From: a virus
Length of the DNA stretch: 42,903 bases
IMG/VR virus record: IMGVR_UViG_3300045988_034633
Reading direction: 5' to 3' (one strand)
Part shown: piece after piece, positions 24,681 through 33,429 of the stretch
How the letters are laid out: each line of letters starts with the position of its first letter
Position numbering within the stretch: the first letter of the stretch is position 1
The notes under the pieces: generated by a model
Told to the model about the DNA's origin: nothing
Seen by the model: the letters and a program-made list of their open reading frames with translations, nothing else
Databases searched by the model: none
Made by a program: the position numbers and the translations under genes

Positions 24681-25012
24681 GCGAATTTATCGACCGCGAA
24701 AAAGCCATCGCAAACATTAAAGCGGCATATTGCTGTGGCTGCGAAAATTACAACGGCGTAATATGCCGTGCGTGTCAGATTATGGACGCGATGGATGTGC
24801 TGGAAGACGAACCGGCAGTACCTGTGATTGATGCGAAATCCATGGAAAAGTACCTGACCGGCTGGAAAGACGGACTGGCCGGGAGCGGAAATTGGGGGTA
24901 CTCATACGCAATCAGGGCAGAGCAAACGGTTCAGATGCTGGATACCATACTGACCCGCATTGGTTACATGCTCGAGGAAAACAGCGGGGTGCAGACCGAT
25001 GGTAAAACTTGA
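24677..25012 (+). CDS. Cys-rich hypothetical protein
   Basis: ATGA overlap. IDREKAIANI...CCGCENYNGVICRAC. Confidence 0.5.
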   Translation: MSEFIDREKAIANIKAAYCCGCENYNGVICRACQIMDAMDVLEDEPAVPVIDAKSMEKYLTGWKDGLAGSGNWGYSYAIRAEQTVQMLDTILTRIGYMLEENSGVQTDGKT

Positions 25013-25190
25013 GCCCTGCTTTCACTGCCCCGACCGGCACCCGATCTGCCACGACAGCTGCCCACGGTACGCCGAGTACAAGCGTCAGCTGAAGGAGCAA
25101 CGTGCATACACGAAAACCAGGAATGCGCTAGAGTGCATCAGCAAGAACGCATTCAATCAGGAATTTTGGATGGGAGGAAGAAAGCGATGA
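24999..25190 (+). CDS. Small Cys-rich (zinc-binding-like) protein
   Basis: CFHCPDRHPICHDSCPRY. Overlaps the neighbouring genes. Confidence 0.45.
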   Translation: MVKLEPCFHCPDRHPICHDSCPRYAEYKRQLKEQRAYTKTRNALECISKNAFNQEFWMGGRKR

Positions 25191-25818
25191 AGGTGCTGAT
25201 CGCTTGCGAGGAATCGCAGGAAGTCTGTAAGGCGTTCCGGGCAAAAGGTCACGAAGCTTACTCATGCGACATCCAAGAACCGTCCGGCAGGCATCCTGAG
25301 TGGCACATCCTCGGGGATGCTCTCAAGGCTATTGAGGGGGGCAAGTCGTGACGATGGACGGCGTAACGCATGACGTTGGCAAGTGGGACTTGCTTATTGC
25401 ACACCCGCCTTGCACATACCTGTCGAACGCTGGCGCACGGTTCCTTTACCCGAAAGGCGTTCTGAACGAACAGCGATTGCGTAAAGGTTTGATGGCAAAG
25501 GATTTCTTTCTGCGCTTCTTGTGGGCTGATATTCCGAAGATTGCGGTTGAGAATCCGATTCCGTCATCCGTTTACTGCTTGCCAAAATACACGCAGACCA
25601 TTCAGCCGTACCAGTTCGGACACCCGTTCAAAAAGAAAACGTGCCTTTGGTTGAAAGGTCTGCCGGAGCTTGAACCAACCGATGAAATTCCGCTAGAACA
25701 ATGCGAAAGCACGAAGGTTGCCGGGAACTGGTTCAATCATGGCGGTAAAGACCGACAAGCGAACAGAGCAAAAACATTTCCTGGCATTGCAAAAGCAATG
25801 GCCGAACAATGGGGGTGA
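25187..25818 (+). pseudogene. C5 cytosine methyltransferase-like gene split into two frames at a G6 tract
   Basis: ORF1 is MKVLIACEESQ...LKAIEGGKS* (stop at 25349-25351). ORF2 carries WDLLIAHPPCTYLS and IAVENP motifs. One extra G in 25336-25341 would fuse them. Confidence 0.65.
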
Positions 25819-25822
25819 GCAG

Positions 25823-26311
25823 ATGAAGCCGAAAACGAAATCTGAGCTGATGGCCGAATGGGCCAGCCAGCCCGACCAGCTCAAAAGAGAGCGGGAGGTC
25901 AAGGCTGTCCGCAAGGCGATGGACGACGCCCGCGCCGCGATGCAGGACGGCCTGACCCGGTACGTCAAGAAAAAGACCAAAGCCCGCAGCATGGCAAAGG
26001 CTGAAGCTGACCCCTTTGCTGAGCTGGAAGGCTGGGAAAGCATGGAGCAAATCCAGGATGCCTACGGCTATGGCGAGATCACCGCCGACAAGCGGGACAA
26101 ACTCACCGACCTGTGGGAAGCCCGGGAAGCTGCCAGGAGCAGCCGCAAGGGCGTGGACAAGTACCACGACCTTGTGACGGAGATGCTGGAAACGGCCATC
26201 CGCCGGGTGGGCAATGAGTACGCAGATATGCTGTTTGAGTATGACCAGCAGCGCAGGGAAGCAGAAAAGCAGTGCGAGCAGCTGGCAATGGAAGGGATGA
26301 TGAAGAAATGA
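25823..26311 (+). CDS. Hypothetical helical protein
   Basis: RBS gggggtga then the ATG at 25823. Confidence 0.5.
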   Translation: MKPKTKSELMAEWASQPDQLKREREVKAVRKAMDDARAAMQDGLTRYVKKKTKARSMAKAEADPFAELEGWESMEQIQDAYGYGEITADKRDKLTDLWEAREAARSSRKGVDKYHDLVTEMLETAIRRVGNEYADMLFEYDQQRREAEKQCEQLAMEGMMKK

Positions 26312-26886
26312 GCAGTTCCGTAGAATATGCAAAGTCCGAACTAGCCCGCATCTCAAAAGATGGAGACGGGATGCAAGACACAATCAACAAGAACATCATT
26401 GACATTGTTGAGCTTTTCGCAAGTCAAGGACATAGCGGATTTACCGCTGGATATGCGCTGTCTATCCTGGAGCGACTTTTGCGTTTCAAGCCGATTACTC
26501 CGCTTACTGGCGAAGATGATGAATGGACTAATATGTCGGACGAAATGGGGCAAAGATGTTTCCAAAATAAACGATGCTCAAGTGTGTTCAAGACCACTGA
26601 TGCACAAGGCAACACGATTGAGGTACACGACATTGACGCAATCGCTTATTCCGACAACGGTGGCCTTACATGGTTTACAAGTAGCCGCTTTCGCCAAAAC
26701 GTGACGTTCCCCTATGAGCCACCTACGCACCCGGAAAAAATCTATATCGAATACACGGAAGATGTTCCGCTTGGCTGGTCTAGCGACAAGTATGAGATTA
26801 TCACTGACGACAAGGAACGTATTAAAGCGTTGAGAACCAAGATGCAGAAGAAGCTTGATAAAGCTGAGGAGTCATCATGCACCTGA
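26308..26886 (+). CDS. Hypothetical protein (lower GC)
   Basis: ATGA overlap. 192 aa. Confidence 0.5.
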   Translation: MSSSVEYAKSELARISKDGDGMQDTINKNIIDIVELFASQGHSGFTAGYALSILERLLRFKPITPLTGEDDEWTNMSDEMGQRCFQNKRCSSVFKTTDAQGNTIEVHDIDAIAYSDNGGLTWFTSSRFRQNVTFPYEPPTHPEKIYIEYTEDVPLGWSSDKYEIITDDKERIKALRTKMQKKLDKAEESSCT

Positions 26887-27260
26887 CCCTCTACGGCAAC
26901 CCGGTCACCAAGAAAAACAGCCAGCGTATCCTGTACAAGTTCACAAAGTTCGACAGAAATACCCCATTCATAGCCCCTAGCAAGGCCTACGTGGATTATG
27001 AGACGGACTGCCTGCGGCAAATCAAAAGGCCGCACAGCCCCATTTCTGCCCGCGTGAACGTGAGGTGCGTTTACTACATGAAAACCGCCCGCCGGGTCGA
27101 TCTGGCAAACCTCATCGAGGCGACCACGGACATTCTGGTGAAAGCCCGGGTTCTGGAGGACGACAACAGCAAGATCGTCGCCGCCCACGATGGCAGCCGG
27201 GCGGAGCTTGACCGGAAGAACCCAAGGGTGGAAATTGAGATTGAAGAAATGGAGGAGTAA
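26877..27260 (+). CDS. rusA: RusA-family Holliday junction resolvase
   Basis: TLYGNPVTKKNSQRI...DLANLIEATTDILVKARVLEDDNSKIV...PRVEIEIEE. Confidence 0.8.
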   Translation: MHLTLYGNPVTKKNSQRILYKFTKFDRNTPFIAPSKAYVDYETDCLRQIKRPHSPISARVNVRCVYYMKTARRVDLANLIEATTDILVKARVLEDDNSKIVAAHDGSRAELDRKNPRVEIEIEEMEE

Positions 27261-27261
27261 A

Positions 27262-27561
27262 ATGCTTGATATGCTATTTGAAGTTGCAAGCACGCTGTTC
27301 ATGGCAACACTTGCAGGATTTTTCATCTGGTTTGTTCTTAGCGATGGCAACCCAATTGAATATTTCAAGCGGTGGCTCAACCGCAACAAACCTTGCCTTT
27401 GCGACCGGTGCGTTTTCTTAAATCAAAAATTTGGGGCGTCAGAATCCGGATATCACTATATCTGCCGGAGAAGTGACAAAGACGAAGGATACATAAATCC
27501 GCCCGAATATTGCCACGATTTTGAAGAAAGGAGCAACAATGACCCGCACATGGATACCTGA
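27262..27561 (+). CDS. Membrane-anchored Cys-containing hypothetical protein
   Basis: RBS ggaggag. N-terminal TM segment. Confidence 0.5.
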   Translation: MLDMLFEVASTLFMATLAGFFIWFVLSDGNPIEYFKRWLNRNKPCLCDRCVFLNQKFGASESGYHYICRRSDKDEGYINPPEYCHDFEERSNNDPHMDT

Positions 27562-27994
27562 CACCGACACGACGAAGCCGGACAAAACCGATTTCCGCAC
27601 TGTTAAGGCGTGGCTGAACCGCTACCGCGAAGCAGAGAAAAGATACTACTTGCTGTCTGACCGTCTGGCCGAAGCACAGGAGGCCACCCGGCACATTACC
27701 CAGAGCCTCAGCGCGGCCCCCGGCGGCAGCAAAGATGGCCAGAGCCTTGCCCGGGCGGTGGAACGCGAGGAGGAAGCGGAGCGCCGCGCTTATGAGCAAA
27801 GAGCGGTCTGCGACAGGCTGTTTCTCGAAATCAGAAACGCGCTCGCCCAGATCCAGAACGAGAAAGCATACACGGTGCTGTACAAGTACTATCTCGATTG
27901 CCTTACGTGGGACAGGGTCGCAAAAGATATGAATTATTCTCTGCGCATGGTCTATGTCTTGCGGCGCAAAGCAATGGAGGAACTGAGCCTTTAA
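27539..27994 (+). CDS. Late transcriptional activator (DUF1492/ArpU/RinA-like, sigma r4-type HTH)
   Basis: RBS gaaaggag. C-terminal YTVLYKYYLDCLTWDRVAKDMNYSLRMVYVLRRKAMEEL. Position upstream of the terminase genes. Confidence 0.65.
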   Translation: MTRTWIPDTDTTKPDKTDFRTVKAWLNRYREAEKRYYLLSDRLAEAQEATRHITQSLSAAPGGSKDGQSLARAVEREEEAERRAYEQRAVCDRLFLEIRNALAQIQNEKAYTVLYKYYLDCLTWDRVAKDMNYSLRMVYVLRRKAMEELSL

Positions 27995-28178
27995 AAACAT
28001 TGCACTGTCATTACATTGCGGTTTCACTATTACATGGTGTAAAATTGTATCATCGGAAAAGCCAAAAGGCAAACCGATGCACGCAGCCTCCGAAACGTGT
28101 CCCTTCTTGGCATTTTCCTCCTTTTCTGCTTGCAGGTACCGGGCTTTGCTCTCTTCACGTTTCGCGGGCTGCTTCTAT

Positions 28179-28249
28179 GCGATGCACTGACACAAAGGCA
28201 GCCTGCCGCTCATGAGAGACAGGAGGCGGTTCGATTCCGCCGTATCGCA
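28179..28249 (+). ncRNA. tRNA-like element 1 (good acceptor and T arms, aberrant D/anticodon region)
   Basis: gcgatgc pairs with gtatcgc (7 bp including one GU). T-arm ggcgg-ttcgatt-ccgcc. No canonical anticodon stem. Confidence 0.35.
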
Positions 28250-28366
28250 CCGTATGGCGCATGGACTAGACGACCCGCAAGGCCGCACGTGCAACCTCCC
28301 GTGCCAAGAAAAGGCCTTAGAATCCTTGCCAAGGTGTAGCTTTCCTGACAGGATGTGCGCCAACCA

Positions 28367-28397
28367 ACAGCCCCGGCGGCGAACCGGAGCTGTTTTT
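28367..28397 (+). terminator. Rho-independent terminator inside the tRNA-like array
   Basis: acagc-c-ccgg / ccgg-a-gctgt stem, 7-nt loop, then tttta. Confidence 0.6.
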
Positions 28398-28401
28398 ATA
28401 T

Positions 28402-28472
28402 GGCCGCCTGAGCGCAGTTTGGAGCGCGGCGCGTGTGTGTAGACACGGCTGGTTCGATTCCAAGAGCGGCTT
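28402..28472 (+). ncRNA. tRNA-like element 2 (degenerate)
   Basis: D-arm gcgc-agtttgga-gcgc and a ttcgatt T-loop, but only a 3-bp T stem and an imperfect acceptor and anticodon stem. Confidence 0.25.
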
Positions 28473-28476
28473 TTAT

Positions 28477-28549
28477 ACTCCGGTAGCTCAAGTGGTAGAG
28501 CAGCGGTCTCCAAAACCGCATGTTGCAGGTTCGAGTCCTGCCGGGAGTG
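28477..28549 (+). tRNA. trnW: tRNA-Trp (anticodon CCA)
   Basis: Hand-folded cloverleaf with A1-U72, G73, anticodon arm gcggt-CTCCAAA-accgc and T-arm gcagg-ttcgagt-cctgc. There is one G6-G67 mismatch. Confidence 0.8.
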
Positions 28550-28671
28550 CTTGCGTGCCCTATGAGGGGGCCGCGCAATAGCGGGGCATCCGGCCGCGAA
28601 AGTTCCGGATGCAGCAGCGCCCACCGTTTGACGCCTGTCCAACAAACTGAATGCACGGGCGCTGCTTATAT

Positions 28672-28807
28672 GCCGTCATAGCTCAATTGGAAGAGCGCCG
28701 CCCATTTAAGGCGGGACAACGTTGGTGACACCACGGGAACATCACTGCACAGCCAACCACTGCGCACATCCATTCCATGGGTGCTGGTTCAAACCCAGCT
28801 GGCGGCA
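28672..28807 (+). ncRNA. tRNA-shaped element with a ~68-nt insertion between the anticodon stem and T arm; anticodon loop CATTTAA
   Basis: Acceptor gccgtca/tggcggc (7 bp), canonical D arm, ccgcc/ggcgg anticodon stem, and T-arm gctgg-ttcaaac-ccagc. Total length 136 nt. Confidence 0.4.
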
Positions 28808-28822
28808 CATTCGATATTTTGA

Positions 28823-28852
28823 CCGTTCGGATTTCCGGGCGGTTTTTCTTTT
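28823..28852 (+). terminator. Rho-independent terminator just upstream of terS
   Basis: ccgttcgg-attt-ccgggcgg (two GU pairs) followed by tttttctttt. Confidence 0.55.
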
Positions 28853-28877
28853 GCATGAGTTTAGAGAGGTGGTGGCT

Positions 28878-29342
28878 GTGGGGGCAAAACTGACAGACCG
28901 ACAGAAAAAGAAAATCATTGCGGACTATGTGCAGCTCCACAATTACCGTAAAACTGCCAAGCTGAACAACGTCGCCGAAAGCACTGTGCGCAAGGTTGTG
29001 AGCGAAAATCCGGTATGTGCAGATTTGTGCGCCTTAAAAAAAGAGCAGAACACGCAGGACATGCTTTCCTACTTAGGCAGCAAGCGCGTGGAAGCGCAGG
29101 ATCTTCTCGGGCTGTACCTTCAGGCGATGGCAGACCCTGACAAAATCGCAGAAGCGACGCTGCCGCAGCTGTCCACGGCGTTTGGGACCATCGTGGACAA
29201 GTTCGCTATGCTGGGAGACCAGAGCGACATAGAAGCCCCGGACGATGGTCTGCTCGAGGCTCTGAGCGCTGCCGCTGACCTCAGCCCGCCGGATGATGTA
29301 GACATGCTGCCAGAGGAAGAGGACGACCATGCGGAAAAGTAA
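28878..29342 (+). CDS. terS: Terminase small subunit (GTG start; 28869 or 28872 also possible)
   Basis: RBS gagaggtgg. HTH-like YRKTAKLNNVAESTVRKVV and an acidic C-terminus. Overlaps the terL start. Confidence 0.65.
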   Translation: MGAKLTDRQKKKIIADYVQLHNYRKTAKLNNVAESTVRKVVSENPVCADLCALKKEQNTQDMLSYLGSKRVEAQDLLGLYLQAMADPDKIAEATLPQLSTAFGTIVDKFAMLGDQSDIEAPDDGLLEALSAAADLSPPDDVDMLPEEEDDHAEK

Positions 29343-30576
29343 CGGATTCCGTTGGAAAGCCCTCAGCCAGCGGCAAAAGCAGGTCTTGAGCTGGTGGACA
29401 TCGCAGAGTGCATACAGCGGTTACAACGGCATCATTGCAGATGGCGCTATCCGCTCGGGCAAGACCTTTGCCATGAGCTTTTCTTTTGTCCAGTGGGCTA
29501 TGACCTGCTACAGCGGCCAACAGTTTGCCATGTGCGGCAAGACCATTGCCAGCTTCCGGCGCAACGTGCTGGGCACGCTCAAGCAGCAGCTTGCAGCCCG
29601 TGGCTACAACGTCAAGGAGCATCGGGCAGAAAACTGCATGACAGTCAGCAAGGGCGGCAGAACCAACGAGTTTTACTTTTTCGGCGGCAAAGACGAGAGC
29701 AGTCAAGACCTGATCCAGGGCATCACCCTTGCCGGAGCGTTCTTCGACGAGGTGGCCCTGATGCCGCAGAGCTTCGTCAATCAGGCCACAGCCCGTTGCT
29801 CTGTCACCGGGTCAAAGTTCTGGTTCAACTGCAACCCGGGCAGCCCGCAGCACTGGTTTTATCTGGAATGGGTACGCAAGTGCCGTTCCCGCAAGATGAT
29901 GTATCTCCATTTCACGATGGACGACAACCTTTCGCTTTCCGAGGACATCAAGGCCAGATACCGCAGCCAGTACAGCGGCGTTTTCTATCAGCGCTACATT
30001 CTGGGCCTGTGGACAGTGGCTGAGGGCCTTGTATATGACATGTTCGACCGCAAGAAGCACGTTGTTGATGTGCTTCCAGCGCTGTCTCCAAAGAGCGCTT
30101 ATGTGGCGTGCGACTTCGGCACCCAGAACGCAACGGTTTTTTTGCTGTTCCAGAAGCAGGCAGATGCAGACTGCTGGATTGTCACCCGGGAGTACTACTA
30201 CAGCGGCCGGGAACAGAAGCGGCAAAAGACCGTGGGCGAGTATGTCACAGACCTCAAAGCGTGGCTGAACGGCCTCAAGCCGGAGAGGATCATTGTGGAC
30301 CCATCTGCTCTGCCCCTGATTACGGAACTACGCAAGAATGGCTTTACCAAGACCCCCGCAAATAACGACGTCCTGAGCGGCATTCTGGACGTGCAGACCA
30401 TGCTGCAGACCGGACGGCTAAAGATCCACAAAGACTGCAAGCACACGCTGGAAGAGTTCGGCGTGTACGCTTGGGACCCGGACAAAGACGATACCGTTCT
30501 AAAGGTCAACGACCACTGCATGGACGCTATCCGCTATTTCGTGCGCACAAAGCGCCTTGTAAAACTGAGGGATTGA
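29329..30576 (+). CDS. terL: Terminase large subunit
   Basis: Walker A GAIRSGKT, ...FFDEVALM (Walker B-like), and a C-terminal nuclease-like region. Confidence 0.9.
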   Translation: MRKSNGFRWKALSQRQKQVLSWWTSQSAYSGYNGIIADGAIRSGKTFAMSFSFVQWAMTCYSGQQFAMCGKTIASFRRNVLGTLKQQLAARGYNVKEHRAENCMTVSKGGRTNEFYFFGGKDESSQDLIQGITLAGAFFDEVALMPQSFVNQATARCSVTGSKFWFNCNPGSPQHWFYLEWVRKCRSRKMMYLHFTMDDNLSLSEDIKARYRSQYSGVFYQRYILGLWTVAEGLVYDMFDRKKHVVDVLPALSPKSAYVACDFGTQNATVFLLFQKQADADCWIVTREYYYSGREQKRQKTVGEYVTDLKAWLNGLKPERIIVDPSALPLITELRKNGFTKTPANNDVLSGILDVQTMLQTGRLKIHKDCKHTLEEFGVYAWDPDKDDTVLKVNDHCMDAIRYFVRTKRLVKLRD

Positions 30577-30578
30577 TT

Positions 30579-31952
30579 TTGAGCACTACATACACATTCC
30601 AGACTTTCCAGCAGGCGCAAGCCGCCGGGGAACAGCCTGATTTCATCCGGCGCTTTGTGCAGCAGCACTGCGCTTCCGAGCCCTACAAGATGGCGCTGGA
30701 CGCCGACCTGTACGACGCACAGAAAAACCCGGGGGCTGAACGCTTCGCAAAGGCTTACGCTTTGATGCTGCAACGCCTATCCAAAAACACCAAGCAAGAC
30801 ATCCTACACCCCGATATGGTCAAGAGCAATCTTTTCCGGCGTCTCAACAAGCAGCGGGCGACCTACTCCCTCGGCAACGGCGTTGTCTTTGCGGGCGATG
30901 GCGTGGACAAGGACAGGCTGGGGCAGAACTTTGATGAGCAGATCCAGAAGGCCGGATATTTCGCCCTGATCCACGGCGAGAGCTTTGGCTTCTGGAACAA
31001 CGACCACTTGGTGGTTTTCAAGTTGACCGAGTTTGCGCCCCTGTACGATGAGAAGACAAGCCTTTTGCAGGCGGGTGTGCGCTTCTGGCGGCTGAACCCG
31101 GACACAGATATGCACTATATCCTGTACGAGTTGGACGGCTTCACTGAGTACACGGAAAGCAAAATCGGCAATGTGATGCAGGAGACAACGCCGAAGCAGG
31201 CATACAAGAGCGTGACCGTCACCACACCCGGCGGCGGGCTGGAAAGCGTGGAGGGCGAAAACTACAGCGCTCTTCCCATTGTTCCGCTGTGGGGTTCAGA
31301 CCTGCATCAGAGCACCCTTGTGGGGCTGAAAGCCTACATTGACAACACCGATCTGGTGATGTCTGGCTTCTGCAATGACCTGCAGGACTTTTCGCAGATC
31401 TACTGGCTGTGCGAGAACTTCAACGGCATGACCGATGACGAGCTGCAAGAGTTCCTTGTAAAGCTGAATCTGTACCACATTGCAGGCGCAGACACCAGCG
31501 AGGGCGGCAAGATCACCCCCTACACCACCGAGATCCCTGTGACGGCACGGCAGGCTCTGTTGGAGCTGCTCCACACCCGGGTGTATGAGGACTTCGGCGG
31601 TTTGGACGTGCATTGTGTGAGCGCGGACAGCACCAACGACCATCTGGATGCAGCCTATGAGCCGCTAAACCAGAACGCGGACGACTTCGAGGCGCAGGTC
31701 AAGCCGTTCATCCGGCAGATCTGCGCACTGGCTGGCTTTGACAACGCTATGCCGGCATTCAACCGCAGCAAGATCACCAACACGGCTGAGCAGGTCGCAA
31801 CGGTGATTTCTGAGGCACCCATCATCGGGCAGGACGTGGCCATTGACCTGCTGCCAAACCTGACCCCGGAACAAAAGGAGCAGGCCAAGGCCGCGCTGAT
31901 GGCCGAGAGCGCAGCACGGGAGACCGTGGGCGAAGGGGGAGAACGACGGTGA
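30579..31952 (+). CDS. Portal protein (TTG start; 30573 possible)
   Basis: Directly after terL. RBS gaggga. 457 aa, followed by a MuF-like gene. Confidence 0.75.
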   Translation: MSTTYTFQTFQQAQAAGEQPDFIRRFVQQHCASEPYKMALDADLYDAQKNPGAERFAKAYALMLQRLSKNTKQDILHPDMVKSNLFRRLNKQRATYSLGNGVVFAGDGVDKDRLGQNFDEQIQKAGYFALIHGESFGFWNNDHLVVFKLTEFAPLYDEKTSLLQAGVRFWRLNPDTDMHYILYELDGFTEYTESKIGNVMQETTPKQAYKSVTVTTPGGGLESVEGENYSALPIVPLWGSDLHQSTLVGLKAYIDNTDLVMSGFCNDLQDFSQIYWLCENFNGMTDDELQEFLVKLNLYHIAGADTSEGGKITPYTTEIPVTARQALLELLHTRVYEDFGGLDVHCVSADSTNDHLDAAYEPLNQNADDFEAQVKPFIRQICALAGFDNAMPAFNRSKITNTAEQVATVISEAPIIGQDVAIDLLPNLTPEQKEQAKAALMAESAARETVGEGGERR

Positions 31953-31958
31953 TGAAAC

Positions 31959-32993
31959 GTGATTTCTGACCGTGACCGCATCTCTACCCGTCAACTGAAC
32001 CGCCTGCGCCGCCGTATCCTGCGGGTGTACGGCACTGCCCGCCGGGAGATGCAGAAGCAGCTGACCGAATTTCTGGCAAAGTACAAAGCGCTGGACGAGC
32101 GAAAGCGGGCGCAGCTGGATGCAGGCGAGATCACCGAGGACGACTACCGCATCTGGCTGCAAAATCAGGTCTTTCAGTCCGATTTGATGCACGCCAAGCT
32201 GGACGGAATCACGCAGACGTGCACCACAGCCCAAGAGACGGCCTACAAGCTGGCCCGGGACGAGCAGTACAATATCTTTTCCTTTGGCGCAAACTGGGCT
32301 TTCTACGAGCTGGAACAGGCCGCAGGCGTGACGTTCGGGCTGACCCTGTACAACACCGAAGCGGTCAAGCTGCTGCTGAAGAAGAACCCCCGCATGGTGC
32401 CCAACAAGCGCATCAAGAGCGAGAGCAACCGCACCTATGATGCCCGGGTGTTCAACCGCTACGTCATGCAGGGCATCGTGCAGGGCAAGAGCGTCCACGA
32501 CATCGCCGTGCAGGCCGTCAACGGCATGGCAGACACGGAGATTCACTGGGCCATGAACAACGCCATCACAGCCCTTACCAGTGCCCAGAACGCCGGGGCT
32601 TTGCAGCAGATGCGAAACGCCCAGGCTTTGGGCATCGAGGTCAAAAAGCGGTGGAACTCCACCCACGACTACCGCACCCGTGAGATGCACCGCCTGCTTG
32701 ACCAGCAGACGGCAGAACTTGACGAGCCGTTCAAGGTCATGGGATACGAGATTCAGCGCCCCGGCGACCCCAACGCAGCGCCGGAGATGGTCTACCACTG
32801 CCGCTGTGTGCTGTCCTCTGCACTTGGCAAGTATCCCCGGCAGAACGCCATGCAGCGGGACAATGTGACCAAAGAGACCACCCCCGTCATGGATTACACC
32901 GAGTGGTATAAATCCAAGGGCGGCAAAGAGAAAGAGCAAATGTGGTGGGCGGAAGAGCGAAAACGCAGAAAGGAGAACGCCAAGAATGAGTAA
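31959..32993 (+). CDS. Head morphogenesis protein (SPP1 gp7 / Mu F-like)
   Basis: ...WNSTHDYRTREMHRLLDQQ...PGDPNAAPEMVYHCRCVL pattern of the MuF family. Position after the portal. Confidence 0.8.
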   Translation: MISDRDRISTRQLNRLRRRILRVYGTARREMQKQLTEFLAKYKALDERKRAQLDAGEITEDDYRIWLQNQVFQSDLMHAKLDGITQTCTTAQETAYKLARDEQYNIFSFGANWAFYELEQAAGVTFGLTLYNTEAVKLLLKKNPRMVPNKRIKSESNRTYDARVFNRYVMQGIVQGKSVHDIAVQAVNGMADTEIHWAMNNAITALTSAQNAGALQQMRNAQALGIEVKKRWNSTHDYRTREMHRLLDQQTAELDEPFKVMGYEIQRPGDPNAAPEMVYHCRCVLSSALGKYPRQNAMQRDNVTKETTPVMDYTEWYKSKGGKEKEQMWWAEERKRRKENAKNE

Positions 32994-33411
32994 ACGTGGC
33001 TCTGGAAGTTCGACAAGGGCAAGCGTTGGGACCGCCAACGAGCACGAGTTTGAATCTTTTGTAAATGGAAAATGGGTCACCGATTACAGCAAAATTGCGG
33101 CAGCAGAGACGAAGAAAGCCGCCGTTGTTGTGGACGGTTCGAGATACAAGAAAACGCATAACGATGTTGTGTCTTTTGTGAAAGAGCAAGTTGGCGTTGA
33201 CCTCAACAAATATCGAAGTGGCGATGGTTCCTCTCCGTCTCACACCACATATTGGGACAAGAGTGGCCCAAAAGTTGCATTTGATCTAAAAGGGATGTCG
33301 TCGAGCGACCGCACAAAGCTTATGCAGCTTGCACAAAAGCCGTTTGGAGTGACGGTCGAACAAGGCGGCGCATGGATTGGCTTTGTTTCGAGAAAAAAGA
33401 AGAAAAAGTAA
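32986..33411 (+). CDS. Leader-sharing cargo protein 1 (MSKRGSGSSTRA...)
   Basis: RBS aaaggaga. The N-terminus is shared with 34046 and 34444. The C-terminus is unrelated and ends in KKKKK. Confidence 0.6.
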   Translation: MSKRGSGSSTRASVGTANEHEFESFVNGKWVTDYSKIAAAETKKAAVVVDGSRYKKTHNDVVSFVKEQVGVDLNKYRSGDGSSPSHTTYWDKSGPKVAFDLKGMSSSDRTKLMQLAQKPFGVTVEQGGAWIGFVSRKKKKK

Positions 33412-33429
33412 GGTTTGGAGGGATGAACC

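Noticed and set aside
28175-28656. ORFs across the tRNA region (28175-28645 -, 28212-28442 +, 28396-28656 -, 28683-28940 -, and 28722 as the terS start)
   Set aside because: They run through tRNA/tRNA-like structures and terminators and lack RBSs. terS more plausibly starts at the GTG at 28878, after the RBS gagaggtgg.
29352-30023. 223-aa alternative-frame ORF inside terL, and similar internal + strand ORFs (338-694, 5641-5886, 17255-17602, 8385-8960)
   Set aside because: They are fully nested in stronger genes, have Arg/Pro/Gly-rich translations and lack RBSs.
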